Below, in pieces: positions 50,937 to 61,290 of a stretch of DNA of 64,000 bases. Below the pieces are notes generated by a model that did no database searches, was not told the origin of the DNA, and was given only the letters and a program-made list of their open reading frames with translations. A program made the position numbers and the translations under genes. Position 1 is the first letter of the stretch. Every line of letters begins with the position of its first letter. The DNA comes from an uncultured Chloroflexia bacterium (GTDB lineage Bacteria; Chloroflexota; Limnocylindria; Limnocylindrales; CSP1-4): the NCBI GenBank assembly GCA_963813335.1, contig CAWEYL010000001.1, forward strand, positions 1,120,001 to 1,184,000, in the 5' to 3' direction.

Positions 50937-51740
50937 TTACGCCGGTGCCGTCACCCGGTTCGCGGGGTCGTTCGCACGGGTGACCTCGATGCGCAGGTCC
51001 GCCGGTCCACCCTCGCCCGGGAAGTCGTTGGCCTCGAAGGCGACCAGGTGGCCGTCGAGCGAGACCCACAGGTCGATGCTGGCGCCCGGCGGGAAGGTCG
51101 CCCCGCCCGGCCCCGGGCCGGTCGCGGCGTCCGCGTGGTAGTGCGTCGTCAGGGCGCCGTTCTTCGTCTCCGGGCCGACGGTGACGTAGTCGGCCCCGCC
51201 GAAGATCGACACGAGCGTCGCCGGCTCCACGGCGCCCAGGGTGCCGTCGACGAGGCCGAACGCCCCGGGTACCAGTTTGCCCTTGCCGGTCCGGTCCATC
51301 CAGGCCTTGTCGCCGATGGTCACCGCGCGGATGGTGGAGCCACCGACCGTGATGGTCGCGGCACGGGCCGGCGTCGGCCGCTGGACGACGGTCATCTCCG
51401 CGGTGAATCGTCCCTGCCCGGTGAGCCCGGCCATGCTCACGTGGTAGGACCCGAGCGATGCGAGCGCGCCGGCCGCCGCGAGCGGGTCGACCGGCGAGGG
51501 CGTGGCCGACGCCGACGGGACGATCGTGGGGCTCGGGACAGGCTCCGAGGCGGCCGGCTGGGTGGCCGTCGGCGAGGCGGTCGGCACGGCGACGGCGGGC
51601 GTGCCACCCGGCGTCGCGCTCGGCAGGACACTCCCGGCCGGGCTCACCGTCGGCGTCGAGCTCCAGCAAGCCGCCACGATGAGCGAGAGCGCGGCCGCGA
51701 TCGCCGTGCGCGTGGCGGCGGATCGAAGGCTGGACGACAT
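50937..51740 (-). CDS. Hypothetical exported/lipoprotein (LppX/LolA-like beta fold possible)
   Basis: IVAAC signal, Pro/Ser/Thr linker, GPETKNG..TTHY, DLWVSLDG. Confidence 0.6.
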   Translation of the reverse strand: MSSSLRSAATRTAIAAALSLIVAACWSSTPTVSPAGSVLPSATPGGTPAVAVPTASPTATQPAASEPVPSPTIVPSASATPSPVDPLAAAGALASLGSYHVSMAGLTGQGRFTAEMTVVQRPTPARAATITVGGSTIRAVTIGDKAWMDRTGKGKLVPGAFGLVDGTLGAVEPATLVSIFGGADYVTVGPETKNGALTTHYHADAATGPGPGGATFPPGASIDLWVSLDGHLVAFEANDFPGEGGPADLRIEVTRANDPANRVTAPA

Positions 51741-51910
51741 GGACCCCTCATCGCGGACGGCGGCCGGGGCATGGTACCAACGCGACCCGGCGAGACCCGC
51801 CCGCGGACCGACGCGGACAGCAAGAAGCGTCCGGCTGGTGCCGGACGCTCAGCGACGCACGACCGATGCGATGGACCGCCCGACCCTCGCGATGGGCCGG
51901 ACGCTCGGCG

Positions 51911-52105
51911 CTATCGGTTCTGCGAGAGGAACTTCATGACGTCGTCGAGCCGGAACCGGCGGTCCCCGCGCTTGCAGACGCGATAGAACGGCAGCTCACC
52001 CCGATCACCCAGGCGCTTCACCGTATTCACATGCAGGTGGAGCATCTCGGCGACCTCGGTCGCGGTGAGCATCGGTCCAAGTTCGTTGACGGCCATCGAT
52101 GCCAT
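51911..52105 (-). CDS. Small excisionase/BldC-like (HTH_17, MerR-like) DNA-binding protein
   Basis: MLTATEVAEMLHLHVNTVKRL..GELP..R..GDRRFR. Confidence 0.85.
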   Translation of the reverse strand: MASMAVNELGPMLTATEVAEMLHLHVNTVKRLGDRGELPFYRVCKRGDRRFRLDDVMKFLSQNR

Positions 52106-52276
52106 GTGGTCGTTGCCTCGCTTAACGCACGTTTCGGCGGTCGCGGAACCCCCGGGGCTATCCGGGGTAAGGTCCGGCCCGCTGCGAGGAAGAGCGTATG
52201 AGAGGGGTGGAGGGGGGCCAAGCCGTACTTTGGGGTACCCGCGGGTAGCACGGACGGGTACGGGGGTGTCCGGGGG

Positions 52277-53464
52277 TCAGTCGCCCCGTCCGACCCGGTA
52301 GGCGTCGGTGGAACCTTTCGACTCGGCGACCATCGTGATCTCCAGCGCGGGCAGGCGCTCGAGGATCCGCTCGGCAAGCGGTCTCGTGCGCACGCGCTCG
52401 AGCGTGCTCGACGGTCGGTACGGCAGCACGATCCGGGTCACCCGTCGGCGCCGCGCCAGCTCGACGATCCCGTCGGCCAGGTCGGCCGCCTCGACGTTGA
52501 GGACTTCCGCTCCGAGGTCCACCGCGTCGTCCAGGTGCTCGCGCAGGCGACGCATCTGCTCCGATGATGCGCCGGCCGCGCCCGGCGTATCGACCACCAC
52601 CGCGAGCAGGGGGGCGCGCAGCACGGCGGCGGCAGCGGCCGCCCGGCGGATCGCGCGAGGCGCGGCCACGGAGCCATCGACGAGAACGAGGACGCGCTCG
52701 GTCACCGGCTGGGAGATGATCGGCGTGCCGGTCCCCTCGAGCTGGGCATCGACGCGGCCAGCGACGAACCGCAGGCTGAGCTCGCGCAGGGCCGTCAGGT
52801 TCGTCTCGGTGAAGAACCGTTCGAGGGCGATCTTCGTCCGGTCGGGCGGGTAGACGTTGCCATGGCGCATCCGCTGGCGGAGCGCGAACGGGCTCATGTC
52901 GACCAGTTCGACCTCGTCGGCGGCGGCGAGGACCTCGTCGGGGATGCGCTCGTTGACCGGCGCGCCGGTGATCGTGGCGACCGCGTCGGCGACCGAGTCG
53001 AGATGCTGGATGTTGCAGGTGCTGACGACGTCGATGCCGGCGTCCAGCAGGACCCGCACGTCCTCCCAGCGCTTGGGGCGCGCCGACCCGGGCGCGTTGG
53101 TGTGGGCAAGCTCGTCGACGAGGGCGACCGTCGGGGCTCGGGCCACGATAGCGTCGGTGTCCATCTCCTCGACGACCACCCCGCGATGCTCGACGCGGCG
53201 GCGCGGCACGATCTCGAGTCCAGCGAGGAGCTTCTCCGTCTCCGGGCGACCGTGCGCCTCGACGAAACCGACCACCAGGTCCGTCCCGCGCCCCGATCGG
53301 CGATGGCCCTCCTCGAGCATGCGGAACGTCTTGCCGACGCCGGGCGCCATACCCAGGTAGACGCGGAGGCGGCCGCGACCGCTGTCGGTCGTGCCGCCGA
53401 TCCGCGCGAGCATCTCCTCGGCCGTCGGGCGATCGTCCGGATCGGTCCGCTCGCCGTCAGTCAC
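52277..53464 (-). CDS. kdpD: Stand-alone KdpD N-terminal sensor domain + Usp domain
   Basis: GRLRVYLGMAPGVGKT, EAHGR, LVDELAHTN, NIQHLDS, LRELSL; Usp-like C-terminus; no TM segments or kinase domain. Confidence 0.88.
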   Translation of the reverse strand: MTDGERTDPDDRPTAEEMLARIGGTTDSGRGRLRVYLGMAPGVGKTFRMLEEGHRRSGRGTDLVVGFVEAHGRPETEKLLAGLEIVPRRRVEHRGVVVEEMDTDAIVARAPTVALVDELAHTNAPGSARPKRWEDVRVLLDAGIDVVSTCNIQHLDSVADAVATITGAPVNERIPDEVLAAADEVELVDMSPFALRQRMRHGNVYPPDRTKIALERFFTETNLTALRELSLRFVAGRVDAQLEGTGTPIISQPVTERVLVLVDGSVAAPRAIRRAAAAAAVLRAPLLAVVVDTPGAAGASSEQMRRLREHLDDAVDLGAEVLNVEAADLADGIVELARRRRVTRIVLPYRPSSTLERVRTRPLAERILERLPALEITMVAESKGSTDAYRVGRGD

Positions 53465-53509
53465 GGATCCCGCCTCCCATGCCACGTGGTTGCGCCGCCA
53501 CATCGCGCA

Positions 53510-54100
53510 TCAGGATGAGGCCAGCAGCCCGTCCAGGTCGAGGTTGGTCAGGAGGACGTTGACGCGCGGCTCGCCGAGGAAGCCGAGCAGGGGCTGCTCG
53601 GTGTGACGGGCGACGGCTGCCCGGACATCCGACTCCGACATGCTGCGGGCCGCAGCGACACCCGCGACCTGGTACTCGGCAGCGGCGGGGCTGATATCCG
53701 GGTCCAGGCCCGAAGCCGAGGTCGTGACGAGGTCGACCGGGATCGGCTTGTCGCCGTTGGCTGCGCGGAGGGCGTCGACCTGTTCGGTGATCCGGTCGAT
53801 CAACACCTGGCTGGTCGGTCCGAGGTTCGACCCGGCCGATGCCGAGCCGTCGTATCCGTCGGCACCTGCCGCCGACGGGCGGCCGGTGAAGTACTTCGGG
53901 TCGCTGAACGCCTGGCCGATCAGGGCCGAACCGATCGTCCGACCGTCGGCCGTCACGATGAACGAGCCGTTGGCCTGCTTCGGGAAGGCGACCTGTGCGA
54001 TGGCGGTGACGACGACCGGGTACACGACGCCCACGATGATGGTCATGGCGAGCAGCAGGGCGATGGCCGGCCAGAGCCGGTGGCGGAGGAAGGTGGTCAT
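53510..54100 (-). CDS. kdpC: K+-transporting ATPase subunit C
   Basis: QANGS, YFTGRPSA, GSNLGP, VTTSASGLDPDIS, GEPRVNVL. Confidence 0.95.
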   Translation of the reverse strand: MTTFLRHRLWPAIALLLAMTIIVGVVYPVVVTAIAQVAFPKQANGSFIVTADGRTIGSALIGQAFSDPKYFTGRPSAAGADGYDGSASAGSNLGPTSQVLIDRITEQVDALRAANGDKPIPVDLVTTSASGLDPDISPAAAEYQVAGVAAARSMSESDVRAAVARHTEQPLLGFLGEPRVNVLLTNLDLDGLLASS

Positions 54101-54109
54101 TGGACTGTC

Positions 54110-56272
54110 CTATGCGAGGCGGAGGGCCGAGACGAGGAGATCGATCGCCTTGATCCCGATGAACGGGGCGATGATCCCGCCGAGGCCGTAGATGAGCAGG
54201 TTGCGCTGGAGGAGCGCGCTCGCCGACATCGGCTTGAACGCGACACCGCGGAGGGCGAGCGGGATCAGGGCGACGATGACCAGGGCGTTGAAGATCACTG
54301 CCGAGAGGATCGCGCTCTGCGGCGTCGCCAGGCCCATGACGTTGAGTGCCGCGAGCTCCGGGAAGACCGGGATGAAGATCGCCGGGACGATCGCGAAGTA
54401 CTTGGCGACGTCGTTGGCGATCGAGAAGGTCGTGATCGACCCCCGCGTGATCAGGAGTTGCTTCCCGATCGCGATGACCTCGAGCAGCTTGGTCGGGTCC
54501 GAGTCGAGGTCGACCATGTTGGCCGCGTCCTTGGCCGCCGACGTCCCGCTGTTCATCGCCATGCCGACGTCCGACTGGGCAAGGGCCGGCGCGTCATTGG
54601 TGCCGTCGCCGGTCATCGCGACCAGGTGGCCCTCGGCCTGCTGCGCGCGGATGAAGGCGATCTTGTCCTCGGGTGTCGCCTGCGCGATGAAGTCGTCGAC
54701 GCCGGCCTCCTTGGCGATGGTCGCCGCCGTCCGCGGGTTGTCGCCCGTGATCATCACGGTCTTGATGCCCATGCGGCGGAACTCGGCGAAGCGCTCGACG
54801 AGGCCCTCCTTGACGGTGTCCTTGAGCTCGATGAGGCCAAGGACGCGGCCCTCGCTCTCGAGGATGAGCGGGGTGGCACCGAGGTCGGCGATCCGGTCGG
54901 CATCCGTGGACACGTCGGCCGGCAGCTCGCCGACCTTCTTCTGGATCGCGTCGACCGCGCCCTTGAGGATCGTCGTGCCGGACGTCGTCGTGACGCCGCT
55001 GGTGCGCGTCTCCGCGCGGAACGGGATGTCTTCGGCGATCTCGTTCGACAACGTCGCGAAGCCCGCGTCGTCGCCCGAGCCGGCCGGCTGCCCGAGCTCG
55101 GCAAGCCGCTTGCGGGCGAGGTCGACGACCGAACGGCCTTCGGGGGTCTCGTCGTGGACGGACGCGATCAGGGCGGCCCGGTTCACCTCGGCGTCCGTGA
55201 CACCGGTCGCCGGGGTGATCGAGGCGGCCAGCCGGTTGCCGTAGGTGATCGTGCCGGTCTTGTCCAGGAGGATCACGTCGACGTCTCCCGATGCCTCGAC
55301 GGCGCGGCCGCTCATGGCCAGGACGTTGAAGCGGGCGACGCGGTCCATGCCGGCGATCCCGATCGCCGAGAGGAGACCGCCGATGGTCGTCGGGATGAGG
55401 CAGACGAGGAGGGCGACGAGGGCGACCGTATCGACGGTCGTCCCGGCGAACAGGCCGAACGGCCGCAAGGTCACGGTCGCCATCAGGAAGATGATCGTGA
55501 GACCGGACAGCAGGATCGCCAGGGCGATCTCGTTCGGCGTCCGCTGCCGCTTTGCGCCCTCGACGAGGGCGATCATCCGGTCGAGGAAGGTCTCGCCCGG
55601 GTCCGTGGTGACGAGGACCACGATCCGGTCGCTGACCAGCGTGGTCCCGCCCGTGACCGAGCTGCGGATATCCGTGCCCGGCTCCTTGAGGACCGGGGCC
55701 GATTCGCCGGTGATCGCGGCCTCGTTCACGAAGCCGATGCCGTCGATGACGTCGCCGTCGCCGGCGATCGTCTCGCCCTCCTCGACGACGATGACGTCGC
55801 CCTTGCGCAGCTCGGACGAGCCGACATCCTGGAGGGTCCCGTCGGCCGCGCGGCGGTGGGCGATGGTCTCGGACCTGGTCTTGCGCAGACTCGCCGCCTG
55901 GGCTCGTCCGCGCGCCTCGGCCACGGCCTCCGCGTACGTCGCGAAGATGACCGTGAACCACAGCCAGACGGCGATCTGGACCTGGAAGCCGAGGCCTGCT
56001 GACTCGCTCGCGGCCTGGACCCCGGTCACGTTGGCGAGCGCCGCGACGGTCACGAGGGCCGCCGTGATCTCCACCACGAACATGACCGGGTTCTTGATCA
56101 GGAGCCGCGGGTCGAGCTTGCGGAACGCGTGCGGGAGGGCCGCCCGAAGGAGATCGGGGTCCAGCACGCCACGCGGCCGCGGTGGCTCGCCGGACGGCTT
56201 GGCGCCACCGAGCGTGACGAACCGCTGGAAGCGGCGCGTGCCGCGTCCGAGATCGACGGACATGAGAGCCAT
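54110..56272 (-). CDS. kdpB: K+-transporting ATPase subunit B
   Basis: [32 protein letters not shown]. Confidence 0.97.
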   Translation of the reverse strand: MALMSVDLGRGTRRFQRFVTLGGAKPSGEPPRPRGVLDPDLLRAALPHAFRKLDPRLLIKNPVMFVVEITAALVTVAALANVTGVQAASESAGLGFQVQIAVWLWFTVIFATYAEAVAEARGRAQAASLRKTRSETIAHRRAADGTLQDVGSSELRKGDVIVVEEGETIAGDGDVIDGIGFVNEAAITGESAPVLKEPGTDIRSSVTGGTTLVSDRIVVLVTTDPGETFLDRMIALVEGAKRQRTPNEIALAILLSGLTIIFLMATVTLRPFGLFAGTTVDTVALVALLVCLIPTTIGGLLSAIGIAGMDRVARFNVLAMSGRAVEASGDVDVILLDKTGTITYGNRLAASITPATGVTDAEVNRAALIASVHDETPEGRSVVDLARKRLAELGQPAGSGDDAGFATLSNEIAEDIPFRAETRTSGVTTTSGTTILKGAVDAIQKKVGELPADVSTDADRIADLGATPLILESEGRVLGLIELKDTVKEGLVERFAEFRRMGIKTVMITGDNPRTAATIAKEAGVDDFIAQATPEDKIAFIRAQQAEGHLVAMTGDGTNDAPALAQSDVGMAMNSGTSAAKDAANMVDLDSDPTKLLEVIAIGKQLLITRGSITTFSIANDVAKYFAIVPAIFIPVFPELAALNVMGLATPQSAILSAVIFNALVIVALIPLALRGVAFKPMSASALLQRNLLIYGLGGIIAPFIGIKAIDLLVSALRLA

Positions 56273-57984
56273 CAGGAGACCTTTCCGGCGTTCTGGAGGA
56301 GTTGTTCGACGATGGGACCCAGCGCCAGGGCCGGGAAGAACGTGAGGGCGCCGACGATGATCACGACGCCGATGATCAGGACCGTCCACAGGACGCCCGT
56401 CGTCGGGAACGTGCCGAGCGATGGGGCGACCGCTCGCTTGATGCCCATCGAGCCGGCCAGGGCGAGGATCGGGATGATCATCCCGTAGCGGCCGACCAGC
56501 ATCGCGAGGCCCCCGGTCAGGTTGTAGAAGGGCGTATTCCCGGTCAGGCCCGCGAACGCCGAGCCGTTGTTGCCGGTCTGGCTCGAGAAGGCGTACAGGA
56601 TCTCGCTGAAGCCGTGCGGTCCCTGGTTCAACGGCCCGGCGACGCCCTCAGGGAGCACGGTGGCGAGCGCCGTGAACCCGAGGATGCTGGCACCGAGCAC
56701 GAGGGCCGTAAGCATCGCCATCTTGATCTCGAACGCCTCGACCTTCTTGCCGAGGTACTCGGGCGTCCGACCGACCATCAGGCCCGCGATGAAGACCGCC
56801 AGGATGGCCCCGATGACGAGCATGCCGTACATGCCCGCACCGATCCCACCGGGCGTGACCTCGCCGAGCTCCATGTTGAAGAGCGGGACGAGCCCGGCGA
56901 TGGGCTGTGCGCTGTCATGCCACGAGTTGATCGCGCCGGTGCTCGTGCCGGTCGTGGCGGCCATGAACAGGCCGCCGACCGCCGCGCCGAAGCGGGTCTC
57001 CTTGCCTTCCATGTTCCCCTGGGCGACCTGGTCGACACCGGCCGGGAAGAGCGGGTTGCCGCTCGCTTCCACGTGCATGGCGAGGACGCCGCCGACCAGG
57101 AGGATCGCCGCCATCGCGCCGAAGATCGTCCAGCCCTGGCGCTGGTTGCGCGCGTATCGGCCGAACGTGTACGTCAGCGAGAAGGAGCAGATGAGCAGGG
57201 CGAAGATCTCGAGCCAGTTCGTCAGCCCTGTCGGGTTCTCGAAGGGGTGCGCCGAGTTGGCGTTGAAGAAGCCGCCGCCGTTGTTCCCGAGCTCCTTGAT
57301 CCATTCCTGCGACGCGACAGGGCCGATGGCGATGGTCTGCTGGGCGCCCTGGAGCGTGGTGACCGTCCGCGACGGATCCCACGTCTGTGGCACGCCCTGC
57401 CAGACGAGCACGAGTGCGCCCACGATGGAGATCGGCAGCAGGATGTAGAGGATCCCGCGGGTGAGGTCCACCCAGTAGTTGCCGAGCGTCCTGGTGCTGC
57501 GGCGCGTGAGGCCGCGGATCAGGGCGATCGCGATCGCGAGGCCGGTGGCCGCGGAGGTGAAGTTGCGAACGGCCAGCATCGCCGCCTGCGACAGGTAGGT
57601 CGCGCCGGTCTCGCCCGAGTAGTTCTGCCAGTTGGTGTTCGTCTCGAAGCTCACCGACGTGTTGAAGGCGAGCTCTGGGCTCATCGGCGGGATGCCGCCC
57701 TGGTTGAGCGGCAGGACGTCCTGGAGCCGGAGCACCACGTAGCCGGCGACGATCGCCACCGCGGCCATCGCCAGCACCGCGACGGCGTAGCCCTTCCACG
57801 TCTGCTCCACGGTCTCGTCGACACCGCTGAGGCGATAGACGAGCCGCTCGACCGGGCGGACGATCGGGCTGAGGAAGACCCGCTCCCCCTCCATGACCCG
57901 GTAGATGTACCGGCCGAGGAAGGGAACGACGAGGACGATCGCGAGCGCCAGGGTGGCGAGCGTCAGGAATTCGTTGATGGCCAC
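56272..57984 (-). CDS. kdpA: K+-transporting ATPase subunit A
   Basis: [59 protein letters not shown]. Confidence 0.97.
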   Translation of the reverse strand: MAINEFLTLATLALAIVLVVPFLGRYIYRVMEGERVFLSPIVRPVERLVYRLSGVDETVEQTWKGYAVAVLAMAAVAIVAGYVVLRLQDVLPLNQGGIPPMSPELAFNTSVSFETNTNWQNYSGETGATYLSQAAMLAVRNFTSAATGLAIAIALIRGLTRRSTRTLGNYWVDLTRGILYILLPISIVGALVLVWQGVPQTWDPSRTVTTLQGAQQTIAIGPVASQEWIKELGNNGGGFFNANSAHPFENPTGLTNWLEIFALLICSFSLTYTFGRYARNQRQGWTIFGAMAAILLVGGVLAMHVEASGNPLFPAGVDQVAQGNMEGKETRFGAAVGGLFMAATTGTSTGAINSWHDSAQPIAGLVPLFNMELGEVTPGGIGAGMYGMLVIGAILAVFIAGLMVGRTPEYLGKKVEAFEIKMAMLTALVLGASILGFTALATVLPEGVAGPLNQGPHGFSEILYAFSSQTGNNGSAFAGLTGNTPFYNLTGGLAMLVGRYGMIIPILALAGSMGIKRAVAPSLGTFPTTGVLWTVLIIGVVIIVGALTFFPALALGPIVEQLLQNAGKVS

Positions 57985-57986
57985 GT

Positions 57987-58076
57987 TCAGAAGTCCTCAG
58001 GGCGCAGCAGGGCCCACAGCAGGTAGACGAAGACGAATGCGGTCGCGATGGCGGCCAGCACTTCGATGATGTTCAT
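57987..58076 (-). CDS. kdpF: KdpF peptide (29 aa)
   Basis: MNIIEVLAAIATAFVFVYLLWALLRPEDF carries the YL..AL..PE.F signature; directly upstream of kdpA. Confidence 0.9.
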   Translation of the reverse strand: MNIIEVLAAIATAFVFVYLLWALLRPEDF

Positions 58077-58162
58077 CGTCCGACCCGCTCGCAGAGCAGC
58101 AGGTAGCCGGAAAAGACGACAAGGCAGCCGAGCATGATCACGGCGATCTGCAGATCGGTCAT
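58073..58162 (-). CDS. Second 29-aa hydrophobic peptide upstream of kdpF
   Basis: MTDLQIAVIMLGCLVVFSGYLLLCERVGR; AAGGAG RBS; ATGA overlaps on both sides. Confidence 0.75.
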   Translation of the reverse strand: MTDLQIAVIMLGCLVVFSGYLLLCERVGR

Positions 58163-58539
58163 GGTTCGATGGTCTCCTTGGTGAGCAGCCGGTCGAGCGT
58201 CGACCGCAGCGTGTCCATGGCGAATGGCTTGGGCAGGTAGCCGGCGACGCCGAATTCGCGGAGGCGGGCCGGACTGACCGCCATCGCGCTGGCGACCACG
58301 ACCGGCGGGCGCCCGGCCGCATCGAACGCGGCGCTCCGCAGGACGGACCAACCGGTCTCACCCGGGAGGTTGATGTCCAGGAGGATCAGGTCCGGCCGCG
58401 GCCGGCGGACGAGGAGCGACTGCGCCTCTTCAGCGGTCGGGGCGACCGTCACGGTGTAGTCATGGGCGCGCAGATGCGCCGAGAGCAGGTCGGCGAGGGT
58501 CTCGTCGTCCTCGATGATCATGAGGTGGGCCTTGGTCAT
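58159..58539 (-). CDS. Single-domain response regulator (receiver only)
   Basis: MIIEDD, DLILLDINLP, VVASA, YLPKPF. Confidence 0.85.
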   Translation of the reverse strand: MTKAHLMIIEDDETLADLLSAHLRAHDYTVTVAPTAEEAQSLLVRRPRPDLILLDINLPGETGWSVLRSAAFDAAGRPPVVVASAMAVSPARLREFGVAGYLPKPFAMDTLRSTLDRLLTKETIEP

Positions 58540-58790
58540 GATCCCGCCGCCAGGCGGACTCGGACATCGGTCGTCGTCTCGTCCGCGCCCCACAGGGGCT
58601 CGACCACCACGCCGCGCTGCGTTGCCCGCGGGCGGACGATCTCGATGACGAGGTCGGTCATGCGCAGCCCCGCCACGGTGGCCGACGGCGCGCCGTGCGT
58701 GGCGACGAGGTCGATGGCACTCGTCACCAGCTCGACCTCGCGGTCGAGGGCGTGCTGGACGTCGACGCTGGACCCTTCCGATCCCTTCAT
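58536..58790 (-). CDS. Hypothetical protein (84 aa), first gene of the kdp transport operon
   Basis: ATGA-coupled to the receiver gene; plausible codon usage. Confidence 0.55.
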   Translation of the reverse strand: MKGSEGSSVDVQHALDREVELVTSAIDLVATHGAPSATVAGLRMTDLVIEIVRPRATQRGVVVEPLWGADETTTDVRVRLAAGS

Positions 58791-58844
58791 GGGTCCAGCC
58801 TCGCACCGGGCTCCAAGAGGCCCGACGCGCCGACTCGTCGTCGG

Positions 58845-58863
58845 CGCTCAAGGACCGCTCAAG
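58845..58863 (-). promoter_or_regulatory. Candidate KdpE box: direct repeat CGCTCAAG x2 with 11-bp period
   Basis: Copies at 58845-58852 and 58856-58863, upstream of the kdp transport operon; OmpR-family proteins bind such tandem half-sites. Confidence 0.5.
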
Positions 58864-58915
58864 ACCGTGTATCGCGACGGTCGGCCGCGGTCAACGCGGC
58901 GGGCCGAAGCTCGCG

Positions 58916-59623
58916 TCAGGAGGGCGCGACGCGGTACCCCACTCCGGGTTCGGCGACGATCAGTCCCGTGAGCGAGCCGTCGGTATCGAGGGCCTCGAGC
59001 TTGCGGCGGATCTGGCTCACGTACACATGGACGTAGTGCGCCTCCTCGCTGTACGCCGAGCCCCAGACGGCACGGAGCAGGCGACCGTGCGTGACCAGCC
59101 GACCCGGGTTGGTCAGGAGGACCTTGAGGACCTCGTACTCGCGCGGCGTGAGATGGACGGTCTCGCCTCGGACGCTGACCGTGCGCTGGGCGATGTCCAT
59201 GCTGAGGTCGCCGAACCGGATCTCCCCGTCGGTCGCGGCGGCCGGCCCGGCGGCGCGACGCAACAGCGCGTCGATCCTGGCTCTGAGCTCGACCATCCCG
59301 AAAGGTTTCGTCACGTAATCGTCGGCCCCGAGATCCAACGCCGCGACCTTGTCGGATTCGCGGTCCCGGGCCGAGAGGACCAGGATCGGCGTGGCGGCCT
59401 CGCGACGGACGCGGCGGATGACGACGAGGCCGTCCTGGTCGGGCAGACCCAGGTCGAGCACGATGATGTCCGGCCGACCCCGTTCCCAGGCCGCGGTCGC
59501 CGCCGCGACATCGGCAGCCTGGTCGACTTGGTGCCCGTGCCCAGCGAGGAATGTGGCGACCGAGTCCCGCGTCGCGTCGTCATCCTCGACGAGCAGGACG
59601 ACTGACCCCTGCCCGCGGTTCAC
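58916..59623 (-). CDS. kdpE: OmpR-family response regulator KdpE
   Basis: LVEDD, LDLGLPD, GADDYVTKPF, HLTPREY, LLRAVWG, EPGVGYR. Confidence 0.92.
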   Translation of the reverse strand: MNRGQGSVVLLVEDDDATRDSVATFLAGHGHQVDQAADVAAATAAWERGRPDIIVLDLGLPDQDGLVVIRRVRREAATPILVLSARDRESDKVAALDLGADDYVTKPFGMVELRARIDALLRRAAGPAAATDGEIRFGDLSMDIAQRTVSVRGETVHLTPREYEVLKVLLTNPGRLVTHGRLLRAVWGSAYSEEAHYVHVYVSQIRRKLEALDTDGSLTGLIVAEPGVGYRVAPS

Positions 59624-61290
59624 GACGCGGACCCCGCCGCCCGTGACGTGGGTGCGACGGGGAGGTCGAACTCGATCGCGAGCCCGCCCAGCGAGCTTCT
59701 GGTGGCCCTCGCCGTGCCCCCCATGGCCTCCACGATGCCGCGGACCACGGCCAGTCCGATGCCCGTGCCGCGCCGCGAGCCCTCGCCCTTGCGGGGCACG
59801 CGATAGAACTTCTCGAACAACCGCGGCAGGGCGTCGGGCGGCACCCCGACGCCACCATCCTCGACCGTCACGCGGACGAAGCCCGCATCGGCGCGGGTCG
59901 CCATCACCCGGATCGGGGCGCCATCGCCCGAATACTTGGCCGCGTTGTCGAGGGTGTTCGCGAGGACCTGGCCGAAGAGGACCTCGTCCACGAGGACCGG
60001 CGGGAGATCCGCCGGCACCCGCACGGTGAGTTCGTGCCCCCGAGCCTCGACACCGGCCCGGGACACGGCCTGGTCGACCAGGTCCGACAGTGAGAACACG
60101 GCCAGGTTCGGACGCAGCTCGCCGGCCTCCACCCGGCTCATGTCGAGAAGGTTCGTTACGAGGCGATTGAGCCATTCCGCCTCGCGGTCGATAGAGGCGG
60201 CGATCTCACGCCGCCGCTCGATCGGCCAGTCCACATCGGGGTCCATCAGCGTCCCGGCGGCCGCCCGGATCGATGCGAGCGGCGTCCGCAGGTCGTGCGA
60301 GACGGAATCGAGCAGCGCCGACTTCAGGGCATCGCTGCGCCGCGAGACCTCGGCCGTCATGGCGTCGCGCTGGAGCCGCGCCCGCTGGATCGCCCCACCG
60401 ATCTGGTCGGCCGCCGCGGTGATGACGCGCGTCTCACCCTCATCGGGATCGCCGAGCTCACGCGCGCGCGTCGCCCAGATCACGCCGAGCGGGTCATCGC
60501 CGGCGTTGATGGCCACCCGGTAGGCGGTCTCGGCACGGTCGCGAGCGACGACGCGGCTCGTCTGGGCCGGGGCGTGGACTCGCACCCACTCCGCCGGTTC
60601 GTCGCCAGGACGGCGACGCAGCACGACATGGACCGCCGGAGCGACCGGTGGCGGAGCTGCGACCGCGACCGCGCCGGCCGCGGCGGCAGTGTCGGCCGTG
60701 ACGGTATCGCCGACCTTGATCCAGACCCTCGATGCCCGGACCTGCTGCCGGATGATCTCGGCGATCGGCCGCGATGCCTCGGTCGGGTCGCGCAGGCCGG
60801 CGAGCGTGAAGCTGATGTTGAACATGGCCAGGGCTTCACGCTGTCCGGCGATCGCGGCGAGCGCACGCTCCCGCTCGCGTCCCGCGAGGCGTCCCACCAC
60901 GATGCTGACCACAAGGAGTAGCAGGAGGTTGAGCCACTCCGCCGGGTCGCGGACGGTGAACGTGTAGAGCGGCTCGATGAACAGGAAGTCGTACGCCAGG
61001 AAGGACCCGATGGCGGCGAAGATCGCGGGACCGGTGCCGCGCGCCACCGCGACGCCGACCACGGCGAGGAGGAACGCCGATGAGCCGTTGTCGAACCCGG
61101 CTACCTGCTCGAGCAGGGCGACGACGACGGCGCCGGCTGCGAGAGCGACCGCGACCGCCAGGGCGTCCGGTCCGTGCCGCCGCACGAGGCGTTCGGTCCG
61201 ATGCGCGATGCGCTCGAGCCGCTGTCGCCAGCGCCGGACCGGCCGGCCAGGCGGCGGGTCGGGTGTCGGCGGCTGAGTCCGGATCGTCAT
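59620..61290 (-). CDS. kdpD: KdpD-type histidine kinase (DUF4118 TM + GAF + HisKA/HATPase), lacking the N-terminal sensor domain
   Basis: YDFLFIEPLYTF, SVSHDLRTPL, LDNAAKYS, FEKFYR, GTGIGLAV. Confidence 0.9.
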   Translation of the reverse strand: MTIRTQPPTPDPPPGRPVRRWRQRLERIAHRTERLVRRHGPDALAVAVALAAGAVVVALLEQVAGFDNGSSAFLLAVVGVAVARGTGPAIFAAIGSFLAYDFLFIEPLYTFTVRDPAEWLNLLLLLVVSIVVGRLAGRERERALAAIAGQREALAMFNISFTLAGLRDPTEASRPIAEIIRQQVRASRVWIKVGDTVTADTAAAAGAVAVAAPPPVAPAVHVVLRRRPGDEPAEWVRVHAPAQTSRVVARDRAETAYRVAINAGDDPLGVIWATRARELGDPDEGETRVITAAADQIGGAIQRARLQRDAMTAEVSRRSDALKSALLDSVSHDLRTPLASIRAAAGTLMDPDVDWPIERRREIAASIDREAEWLNRLVTNLLDMSRVEAGELRPNLAVFSLSDLVDQAVSRAGVEARGHELTVRVPADLPPVLVDEVLFGQVLANTLDNAAKYSGDGAPIRVMATRADAGFVRVTVEDGGVGVPPDALPRLFEKFYRVPRKGEGSRRGTGIGLAVVRGIVEAMGGTARATRSSLGGLAIEFDLPVAPTSRAAGSAS

